Source: Candidatus Methylomirabilota bacterium (GTDB lineage Bacteria; Verrucomicrobiota; Verrucomicrobiia; Limisphaerales; SXQI01). Taken from it: 64,000 bases of DNA. Within the stretch, counting starts at the first letter, position 1. Each line of letters begins with the position of its first letter. Shown here piece after piece: positions 1 to 7,825 of this stretch. Made by a program: the position numbers and the translations under genes. Under the pieces are notes generated by a model. That model ran no database searches. It saw only the letters and a list, made by a program, of their open reading frames with translations, and was not told the DNA's origin. Location of the stretch: the NCBI GenBank assembly GCA_035627835.1, contig DASPKX010000172.1, forward strand, positions 26,949-90,948. The letters are read 5' to 3'.

Positions 1-1787
1 TGGCTGACTCTCTGGGAGAGGAGGGCCAAGACGATGAGTATACCGCGGCCACTCTGCGCCTGGTGTGCCAGAAAAGGGGGGTGATGCCCCCCGGTGAGTG
101 CATTGGGATCGCGCTGCAACTGGGCCGAAGCCTTGCTGCTCTGCACGAGGCCGGGCTGCTGCACCGCGATATCAAGCCGGCCAATATCCTCTACTTCGGA
201 GGCATTCCCAAATTCGGAGATCTGGGGCTGGTGACGGACGATCCGGGGACTCTCTCATATGTGGGCACCCAGGGGTATATCCCGCCTGAGGGGCCTGGAT
301 CCCCACAGGCCGACATTTTCAGTTTAGGGAAATCCTTGTACGAGGCGGCGACTGGCCTGGATCGGTTGCGTTATCCGGAACTTCCCGCCGCCCTTATGTT
401 CTCGCCGGAAGCGAACAAGCTCCTTGAGTTGATGGAGGTCATCAACAAAGCGTGCGCGACCCAGCCGCAACGCCGGTATAAATCCGCTCGCGCGATGGTT
501 CGTGACTTGGAAGCGCTGCAAAGCGGGGCTTCGCTTCGAGACCAGAAGCGACGAGTTGGGGTTCTGAAAGGTTTAATGTGCGTGGCCACTGTGGGAGGGT
601 TGCTTCTCCTGGCAGTGAACTGGTTTTCCCCGGATCCCGGCAAGGTGACTGCCACGCCAAGTCTACCGCCGCAAATTGACTTAGGACCGTGGGCGAATGG
701 TGACCTGGCTAGCGGTTGGCTGCCGGGTCCCGCATCCAATGACTTTCGAGCACTGCTCAGCTCGCCGCTAACGAACAAACACAAACTTGGGCCTGTGATT
801 CAACTGGCCGGCGGAGAGGTCCGCGCAAACGGGCTGACCGTGTTCCCCCAATCTGTGCTCATCGACGTGCACCGCTTTTGCTCTGGGCTGGAAATCTTGC
901 ACGGGACAGTGTCTGGAGAGCTGCCCGGCGCAACAGTGGCAAAACTGCAGGTTCATTACAGCGACGGCGTGGTTAAGGAGATCCCTGTCCGGTACAACGT
1001 CGAAGTTTCCGACTTTTGGGGGCAGTTAGGAGAACAACCGGAACCAGCATGGACCGGTCAAAATAGCGCGACAGCGGCACGCGGCCTGCATGCGCGTTTA
1101 TACAGCCTTGAGTGGACGAACCCTCGGCCCAACATCGCGGTCCATATGATCAGTTACACGGCGCAAGGCTCACGAAGCGCTCCTTTTCTCGTGGCGGCGA
1201 CCACCCGGAGGAATGCGCCTCAAACCGCGACAGCGGCTGGGGCTTCTCCTCGCCCGAGCTTGCAATGGTTGCGCACGGACAAGCTCCGCGTCTCCTCTCT
1301 GCAGACCAGCGGCGCTGGATCCAACAACGTTAACTTGGGGGAAGCGCAGATTGAATTGGCGTCAGCTGGTCCCGATGGTCGTTTTTACGGCGCCTTCAAA
1401 CTCCAGGTTCCTGACGACGAACCGCGTGACCTGGTATTTGCCCTCACTATGGATCAACCTGCTCAGTTCCAGCTGATTCCTTTGGAGGGAAGATTGCGTG
1501 GATTACTGGAAACCTTTTTCGCAACGAGCGCACCGGTCCGCGGCATCACCGAGCCATGGTCGCATTTGGTCCTATTGCAGGGCGTTGAGGCACGGAAGCT
1601 GGAGCCGGGGAAAGAATATCTGTTGTGGCTGTCCTCACCCAAACGGACCAATGTTCGTCTGAAGGCGCATGTTCTGTTTCCAAAACCTGGGACCTTTAAT
1701 ATTTGGGACGCGACTAAGCTGCAGGAAGCTGTCTTAGGGGCGAAGGTTCTCGATCCTACAGCCTTCGAGCGCCATTTCTGCCTCTGA
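1..1787 (+). CDS. Serine/threonine protein kinase (5' end outside window) with one TM helix and a ~380-aa uncharacterised extracytoplasmic C-terminal region
   Basis: The frame is open from nt 3 with no stop before the listed start at 63, so the gene enters from upstream. Hanks kinase motifs are visible: LHRDIKPANILY (catalytic loop), FGDLG (DFG-like) and GTQGYIPPE (P+1 loop). The hydrophobic helix GLMCVATVGGLLLLAVNWF is followed by a long region without recognisable motifs. Confidence 0.85.
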   Translation, partial: ADSLGEEGQDDEYTAATLRLVCQKRGVMPPGECIGIALQLGRSLAALHEAGLLHRDIKPANILYFGGIPKFGDLGLVTDDPGTLSYVGTQGYIPPEGPGSPQADIFSLGKSLYEAATGLDRLRYPELPAALMFSPEANKLLELMEVINKACATQPQRRYKSARAMVRDLEALQSGASLRDQKRRVGVLKGLMCVATVGGLLLLAVNWFSPDPGKVTATPSLPPQIDLGPWANGDLASGWLPGPASNDFRALLSSPLTNKHKLGPVIQLAGGEVRANGLTVFPQSVLIDVHRFCSGLEILHGTVSGELPGATVAKLQVHYSDGVVKEIPVRYNVEVSDFWGQLGEQPEPAWTGQNSATAARGLHARLYSLEWTNPRPNIAVHMISYTAQGSRSAPFLVAATTRRNAPQTATAAGASPRPSLQWLRTDKLRVSSLQTSGAGSNNVNLGEAQIELASAGPDGRFYGAFKLQVPDDEPRDLVFALTMDQPAQFQLIPLEGRLRGLLETFFATSAPVRGITEPWSHLVLLQGVEARKLEPGKEYLLWLSSPKRTNVRLKAHVLFPKPGTFNIWDATKLQEAVLGAKVLDPTAFERHFCL

Positions 1788-1848
1788 ACCGAGCCTGGGG
1801 CTAAAGCTTCGGGCGGATCTGACGCTCGGGGTCGATCGGAGATTGGAG

Positions 1849-1868
1849 AGCGAGGTCCGAACCTCGCT
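1849..1868 (+). terminator. Candidate hairpin downstream of the kinase gene
   Basis: Perfect 8-bp stem agcgaggt / acctcgct with a 4-nt loop ccga, 62 nt after the stop codon. No U-tract follows, so terminator function is uncertain. Confidence 0.35.
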
Positions 1869-1984
1869 GGATTCACCAGGCTGACAGGAATGCCCGCGCT
1901 CCGTTTCCCGCGGCTTGCGTCGGTCAGGTTAGGTCGCAATCCGCTTGCTGGGTCTTGGCGAGATGGTTTTCAGTTATCGAGTAG

Positions 1985-2482
1985 ATGATTGCACAAACAT
2001 CATTGCACGGTCCGAGCAGGATGCGCCTGGCCTTAGGCTTCGGCGGTTGGCTGTTTCTTTCGTTTTGTGCGGCGTCCATGGGCGCTTTCTTCACGCCGGG
2101 GGAGTGGTACGCATCGCTGCGAAAACCTTCGTGGAACCCACCTTCCTGGGTTTTCGGACCGGTTTGGACCGCTCTCTACACCTTGATGGCCGTTGCCGCT
2201 TGGCTCGTGTGGAGACAAGGGGGATTCGCGGCCCAACGCCCCGCTCTAACGATCTTTGTCGTTCAACTGGCTCTCAACGCGGCCTGGACACCGCTGTTCT
2301 TTGGGCTGCATTGGATGGGCGTGGCATTCACTGAAATTGTGCTGCTGTGGGTCGCGATCGGCGCGACCATCGTCGCTTTCCATCCGGTGAGCAGGGCGGC
2401 GGCGTGGCTACTGGTTCCTTACCTGGCATGGGTGAGCTTCGCCGCGGCCCTGAACTTCACGCTTTGGCGGTTGAACTCCTAA
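1985..2482 (+). CDS. tspO: TspO/MBR family tryptophan-rich sensory protein
   Basis: A 165-aa protein with five hydrophobic helices and Trp-rich family signatures: WYASLRKPSWNPPSWVFGPVWTALY, LALNAAWTPLFFG and PYLAWVSFAAALN. Confidence 0.9.
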   Translation: MIAQTSLHGPSRMRLALGFGGWLFLSFCAASMGAFFTPGEWYASLRKPSWNPPSWVFGPVWTALYTLMAVAAWLVWRQGGFAAQRPALTIFVVQLALNAAWTPLFFGLHWMGVAFTEIVLLWVAIGATIVAFHPVSRAAAWLLVPYLAWVSFAAALNFTLWRLNS

Positions 2483-2495
2483 GTGGCGGACAGGA

Positions 2496-3032
2496 ATGTC
2501 CCCGCTCCTTTGCCGGAGGCTTGGAGATTCTCATTTAACGCGGGGCGTTCAGCGGTTACTATGCACCGTGCCTTTGGTGCGGATTTTAGTTGATGGTTAC
2601 AGCATGCTGCACAGCTGCCCAGGCATTGCGCCGGGCAAGGCTCGGCACTCGCACCACGCCCGCGAGGAGTTGATCAAGCTCCTGACTGATTACCATGATG
2701 CGCTAGGGACGCCCGTCACGGTTGTCTTCGATGGAGCTGGAGCGCCTCCGGGGACACCGAAGCTGGCTTCTACGGCGGCAGTCGAAGTGTTGTTCTCGCA
2801 AGCAGGCCAGACGGCGGACCAACTGATTGAGCGGGCGGCTTACCGACTGGGCGCGTATGGGGAAGTGATGGTTGTCACCGACGATTTCGCGGAACGTGAC
2901 ACTATCATCTCCGTTGGAGGTGTGATTAACAGCTGCCAAAGCTTCCTCTCACAGATCCTGGACGTCACTTCCGAGATGAAGCGGCAACTGCAGCGGCATA
3001 ACCGGCAGGAAAAAAGCCGGTATAACCAGTGA
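2496..3032 (+). CDS. NYN-domain (YacP/DUF901-like) predicted RNA-binding/ribonuclease protein
   Basis: Motifs RILVDGYSMLH, PVTVVFDGAG, VLFSQAGQTADQLIE and VMVVTDDFAERD match the YacP-like NYN pattern. The true start may be the in-frame GTG at 2577, just before RILVDGY. The stop overlaps the next start (TGATG). Confidence 0.75.
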   Translation: MSPLLCRRLGDSHLTRGVQRLLCTVPLVRILVDGYSMLHSCPGIAPGKARHSHHAREELIKLLTDYHDALGTPVTVVFDGAGAPPGTPKLASTAAVEVLFSQAGQTADQLIERAAYRLGAYGEVMVVTDDFAERDTIISVGGVINSCQSFLSQILDVTSEMKRQLQRHNRQEKSRYNQ

Positions 3033-4342
3033 TGAACCTTTCAGTCCCACTCGTGCGCTTACTCGCTACCCTGCTCGCCTTGATGGCGTTCCTGGTCGCA
3101 GATGCGCACGCGCAGACCAACACCAGCCGCCACTTGCTTCTCATTGACACCTCCTTCGCCGCTGGCCGACGGAAAGCTGAGACGCTGGCGCTCGTGCGGA
3201 GGGTGGTTGAAAGCGGGTTTGGCTCCTCGATCAGTGACGGCCAGAAGTACAGTGTCTGGACCTTCAATGAACGAGCGTATCCGCGCAATTTTCCCGACCA
3301 GGTCTGGTCTGCGCAGGACGCCGGGCTGCAGGCGGAATTGATTGGCCGCTTCCTCGCGACGCAAAAGCACACAGAAAAAGCGAATGTGCGAAATGCGATT
3401 CGCGATGCGCACACGTTCATAGACCAGCCTGGCGAAACTCGCGTTTTTCTGATCGCGGGTTCAGCGGCGATCTTCCAAGGTCCGAGCCTAATCCAACTGG
3501 AGCGGTTTGAGGATTACTACCGGGCCCACCTCCAGCAGGCGAAAAAGGCTGCGATTGCGACGCTCATCGCTCGGGATTCGAGCCTGGTTCTTTGGGCAGT
3601 GGATCATAACAGCGGCCCGTTCCAAGTTCCGGCGATTCCTCCTGTCGGCGCGCTTACGAATGCAACCGTCGGCTCAAGCGTTTCCACGAACGCTCCCACG
3701 CTGCTTCAACCGCCGGTAGTAAAAGTGGAAGACCGTCTAGCAACCACTTTGCGGATCGTTCCACAAACAAATCAGCTTCCGAAACAAACGAGCGGGAGGA
3801 TTGATCCCGCCCCTGCACAAACGGAGCCGGAGCCGCCGCGCAACCCGCCGGAGCCCGCCGCGGCGCAGGGCAAAGAACCCGAGGAGAAGCCGGCAAGGAC
3901 CTCCCTTATTGAAAGCCGTCCGGCTTCAGCCCCACTGCCTGAGTCAACCCCCACGGCGGCACCTCCTGACCGCATCGTGGCAACGCCAGCTCTTGAAACT
4001 TCTCCAGTGGAACATTCGCCCGAGCCTCAGTCCATCAAGGAAACTCCAGCTCCTGACGAACAAAGTCTTGAAGTCAGCTCGCCTCCGGAAGCGCCCGCGC
4101 CAGCCACGGTTCTATCACCGGAAGCACCAACCCAGCCACCCCTTGCTCGAACCTCTGCTCCTGCTTCAGCCGCAATCGCGGTATTGCCAGTGGAGCCGCG
4201 TGGCAGCTCCGTTCGCCTTTGGCTCGCGCTTACTGGAGGGCTCCTGGTCTTCGCGTCAGTTCTCATCATTTGGAACAGGCGCAGGAAGCCCGCTCCGAAG
4301 CCGAGCTTGATTTCGCAGTCCTTCCGCGCGAACGATCATTAA
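3032..4342 (+). CDS. Secreted/membrane-anchored protein: signal peptide, VWA-like domain with degenerate MIDAS, long Pro-rich spacer, C-terminal TM anchor
   Basis: The N-terminal signal is MNLSVPLVRLLATLLALMAFLVADAHAQ. HLLLIDTSFAAG resembles a DxSxS MIDAS strand. About 150 aa are P/E/A/S-rich (PEPPRNPPEPAAAQGKEPEEKP...). The C-terminal helix WLALTGGLLVFASVLIIW is followed by NRRRKP. Confidence 0.7.
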   Translation: MNLSVPLVRLLATLLALMAFLVADAHAQTNTSRHLLLIDTSFAAGRRKAETLALVRRVVESGFGSSISDGQKYSVWTFNERAYPRNFPDQVWSAQDAGLQAELIGRFLATQKHTEKANVRNAIRDAHTFIDQPGETRVFLIAGSAAIFQGPSLIQLERFEDYYRAHLQQAKKAAIATLIARDSSLVLWAVDHNSGPFQVPAIPPVGALTNATVGSSVSTNAPTLLQPPVVKVEDRLATTLRIVPQTNQLPKQTSGRIDPAPAQTEPEPPRNPPEPAAAQGKEPEEKPARTSLIESRPASAPLPESTPTAAPPDRIVATPALETSPVEHSPEPQSIKETPAPDEQSLEVSSPPEAPAPATVLSPEAPTQPPLARTSAPASAAIAVLPVEPRGSSVRLWLALTGGLLVFASVLIIWNRRRKPAPKPSLISQSFRANDH

Positions 4343-4347
4343 AGGTT

Positions 4348-7011
4348 ATGAGTTCTCCCGCGGCTCCGCCCGCTCTTGCCATACCGTTCGAGCAAATCGC
4401 TCGCCTTCCCGCTGTGGGGGATAATGTTGCCATTGCCGTGCGTCGGCTCGAGCCCGGCACGCGGATCGCGGTGGATGGATCGGAGATCACCATCCGCCAC
4501 ACCATCATGGAAGGGCATCGCTTTGCGATCGCCCCAATTCCCGTGGGGGGGCCACTGCTCTCTTGGAATCTCCCGTTCGGCGAAGCAATCGCGGCAATAG
4601 CGCCAGGCGATTACGTGAGCAACGCAAAGACGCTGGAAGCGCTCGCGATTCGCCAACTCAATTTCGCCCTGCCCTCCGCGCCGAACTTCAAGGATGCGCG
4701 TATCGCCTACAAGCTGGACCCCGGGACCTTCTCGCCCGGCCAGCAAGTCCCGCCTGTGAAAAACCCGGCGCAGTTCGACGGTTATGATCGAGGCCAGCGG
4801 GGGATTGGCACACGAAATTACATTCTCGTGCTCGGCACCAGCTCATTGACTGGCAGTTTCGCCAAGCTCGTCGCGCGCCAGTTTACCGATGTCTCGACGC
4901 GCTTCCCAAATGTGAGCGGCGTTGTGCCCGTGGCGCACACCGAGGGCGGCGAGCCGCTCAAGCCGAACAACCTCGAGATTACCCTGCGCACCTTGGCGGG
5001 ATTCGTGACGCATCCGAACCTCGCGGCGGTTATCGCTGTGGACCAGGGCGACGAAACGGTCAACAACGCGCTTCTGCGCGCATACCTGCAGGAGCACAAT
5101 TACCCGACCGATTTTCCCATCCATTTTTACAGCATCACCCAAACCTTCGACACGGCGCTGGCGGAAGTGTGCGACCTGGTTCGGCAGGTTCTGCCGAGTG
5201 CGAATGCCTGCGCTCGGGCGCCGCAACCTCTGAGCGGTTTGCGCATTGGGCTTCAATGCGGCGGCTCGGACGCGTTCTCAGGCATCTCGGCAAACCCGCT
5301 CCTCGGTATCATCGCTCGTGAAATTGTGCGCCACGGAGGCAGCGCGAACCTGGCGGAAACTGACGAACTCATCGGCGCGGAACCGTACGTTCTGGCGAAC
5401 GTGCGGAATCTCGAGACCGCTGAGCGCTTTCTGAAAATGGCTGATTGGTTCTCCGAGCACGCCGGTTACCATGGTTTCAGCGCGGAAGGGAATCCGAGCG
5501 CCGGGAACATCTATCGCGGTCTTTACAACATCGTCGTCAAATCCATCGGCGCAGCTCGCAAGAAAGATCCCGCGGTCCGCCTTGACTACGCCATTGATTA
5601 CGCTGAGCCGATGCGTGACGCGGGCTTCTACTTCATGAACAGCCCCGGCAATGATCTGGAAAGCATTTCCGGGCAAGTCGCCGCTGGGTGCAATCTGATC
5701 ATCTTCACCACGGGCAACGGTTCAATCACCAACTTCCCGTTCCTGCCCACGATCAAGATCATGACGACGACCGCGCGGTTCAACCTGTTGTCGCGGGACA
5801 TGGACTTTAATGCGGGTCGATACCTCGATGGGGAGGCAATGGAAACGCTTGGCGCTGAAGCTTTCGATCTCACGCTCAAGGTTGCCTCTGGCGAGAAAAG
5901 CGCCGGTGAGCGCGCGGGGCACTCTCAAGCGCAGCTCTGGCGCAACTGGCGGCAAACAAGCACCGCCAGCGCCAGCAAAACTCGCGCGGAACTTCGCGCA
6001 CCCAGCGGAACACCGCTCCCGCTTCGCAGCGGTCTTCGCGCGGTTCAACTTTCCTCCGCCCGGCCTGCGGCGGATATTGGCCTGATTTTGCCGACCAGCC
6101 TCTGCTCGAGCCAGGTTGCGGCTGCCATCGCCGATAAGCTTAACCGCGAGTTATATGATGCTCCCCGTGCTGGAATTCAGAGATTCGTCACGCTTCCACA
6201 CACAGAAGGGTGCGCTGTCTCCGCCGCGGACAATGAAGAAATCCAGCTCCGCGTGATGCTCGGGCATCTGATGCATCCACGGGTTGCGAGCGCTCTGTTG
6301 ATGGAGCATGGCTGCGAGAAGATCCACAACGACGCGATGCGGAGGGCACTGGCTGGCGCACGGCTTCGCGCGGATGATTATGGGTGGGCCAGTGTTCAGC
6401 TGGACGGCGGCATTGATCGAGTCACAGAAAAAGTGAAGCAACATTTTTCAGAGCGGAAACTCAGCTCTGAGCGGTCGCCAGCCCAGACGGTTGGCCTCAT
6501 TTTGGATCGAGAGGTTCCGGCGTTCCTTGTCAACGCGCTCGCGGACATCGCGGCTGGCGTCATTGGCGAGGGCGGCACAATCATCGTTCCGGAATTCGGA
6601 GGCGCACAAGCGCTCATCTCGCGCATGTCGGCGGCCCCGAACGCCGAAGCGACTCTGCACTTTGCTGAGCGCCCCACGGCAGCGGGCCTCCACCTGATGG
6701 ATGCGCCTTCAGCCCACGCGGTGGAAGTCATCACGGCGTTGGGCGGCGCTGGATGTGATCTCATTGTCGTTGCGACGCAAAGCAGGCCGTGGCAGGCGCA
6801 TCCGTTCATTCCGGTGGTCCAGATTGCCGCCAGCGCCTCAGCTCACCCTGAAGAGTTCGACGTGTTCGCAACTGAAGAAAGCCCACAATTCACCAGAGGC
6901 CTTGCGGGCGCTCTGGAAGATGCGCTTGCCGGCAGGCTCGTGCCAAAAATGCAGCAACGGGGCAATGTCGATTTCCAACTCAGCCGCGGCCAGTTCGGCG
7001 TCACCCTTTAA
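4348..7011 (+). CDS. UxaA/GarD-family sugar-acid dehydratase homologue with a ~340-aa C-terminal extension
   Basis: A SAF-like N-terminus (VGDNVAIAVRRLEPGTRI) is followed by GYDRGQRGIGTRNYILVLGTS, LQCGGSDAFSGISANP and NSPGNDLESISGQVAAGCNLIIFTTGNGS. The start is placed at ATG 4348 (MSSPAAPP). The listed 4219 start would overlap the previous gene by 124 nt. Confidence 0.8.
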   Translation: MSSPAAPPALAIPFEQIARLPAVGDNVAIAVRRLEPGTRIAVDGSEITIRHTIMEGHRFAIAPIPVGGPLLSWNLPFGEAIAAIAPGDYVSNAKTLEALAIRQLNFALPSAPNFKDARIAYKLDPGTFSPGQQVPPVKNPAQFDGYDRGQRGIGTRNYILVLGTSSLTGSFAKLVARQFTDVSTRFPNVSGVVPVAHTEGGEPLKPNNLEITLRTLAGFVTHPNLAAVIAVDQGDETVNNALLRAYLQEHNYPTDFPIHFYSITQTFDTALAEVCDLVRQVLPSANACARAPQPLSGLRIGLQCGGSDAFSGISANPLLGIIAREIVRHGGSANLAETDELIGAEPYVLANVRNLETAERFLKMADWFSEHAGYHGFSAEGNPSAGNIYRGLYNIVVKSIGAARKKDPAVRLDYAIDYAEPMRDAGFYFMNSPGNDLESISGQVAAGCNLIIFTTGNGSITNFPFLPTIKIMTTTARFNLLSRDMDFNAGRYLDGEAMETLGAEAFDLTLKVASGEKSAGERAGHSQAQLWRNWRQTSTASASKTRAELRAPSGTPLPLRSGLRAVQLSSARPAADIGLILPTSLCSSQVAAAIADKLNRELYDAPRAGIQRFVTLPHTEGCAVSAADNEEIQLRVMLGHLMHPRVASALLMEHGCEKIHNDAMRRALAGARLRADDYGWASVQLDGGIDRVTEKVKQHFSERKLSSERSPAQTVGLILDREVPAFLVNALADIAAGVIGEGGTIIVPEFGGAQALISRMSAAPNAEATLHFAERPTAAGLHLMDAPSAHAVEVITALGGAGCDLIVVATQSRPWQAHPFIPVVQIAASASAHPEEFDVFATEESPQFTRGLAGALEDALAGRLVPKMQQRGNVDFQLSRGQFGVTL

Positions 7012-7016
7012 TCAAA

Positions 7017-7793
7017 GTGGCAAAACCCAATTTCATCGAACTCCCAAGCGGGGAGCAAATTCCGATCCTGTTTGAGGATCGCTCTGTTCTCGCCATCGAC
7101 AAACCCGCGGGTTGGATGCTCGCGCCGAGTGACTGGACGCGCACCCGGCGCAACCTCCAACTCGCGCTCGAAACGAGCATTCGATACAACGATTTCTGGG
7201 CCAAATCTCGGAACCTGAAATACCTCCGCTACATCCACCGGCTCGATGCGGAAACGACGGGCCTGATCCTGTTCGCGAAAAGCCCGGGCGCTCTTAGCGC
7301 GTTCAGTGAGCTGTTCGAAGATCACCTGATTGAGAAGACGTATCTGGCGGTGGTGTCCGGCTCCCCCAAGCGCGATCAATGGGCCTGCACGATGAAGCTC
7401 TCCCAGGAACTCGATGACAATGGCCGCATTCGCGTCGATCACGCTATGGGGCGCGAAGCGGAAACCGAGTTCATCGTTCTTGCGCGGCAACCGGACCGCG
7501 CGCTCGTGGAGGCTCTGCCCCGGACTGGCCGCACGCATCAAATCCGTGTCCACGCCGCGGCCACACATCATCCGATTGTAGGCGATCAATTGTACAACCC
7601 ATACTCCGGGGCCGAGGAACCCCTGGCGTTGCGCGCGACCATGCTGCGTTACAAAGATCCGTTCACGCGCAAGCCGGTCCGCATCTTCGCTGATAGAACC
7701 GCGTTCGCGAACACCTACGGCTTCCCTGACGTTTTCGCCAAAAAGCCCGCTGCGACGCCTCCCCCCGCGCCCGCGGACCCGAACGAAGGTTGA
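7017..7793 (+). CDS. RluA-family pseudouridine synthase
   Basis: Motifs LAIDKPAGWM, HRLDAETTGLILFAKS (catalytic Asp motif) and RTGRTHQIRVHAA. GTG start. Confidence 0.9.
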   Translation: MAKPNFIELPSGEQIPILFEDRSVLAIDKPAGWMLAPSDWTRTRRNLQLALETSIRYNDFWAKSRNLKYLRYIHRLDAETTGLILFAKSPGALSAFSELFEDHLIEKTYLAVVSGSPKRDQWACTMKLSQELDDNGRIRVDHAMGREAETEFIVLARQPDRALVEALPRTGRTHQIRVHAAATHHPIVGDQLYNPYSGAEEPLALRATMLRYKDPFTRKPVRIFADRTAFANTYGFPDVFAKKPAATPPPAPADPNEG

Positions 7794-7825
7794 CGCAGGC
7801 CGCGTAAAATTCCTACGCTCCTGCC

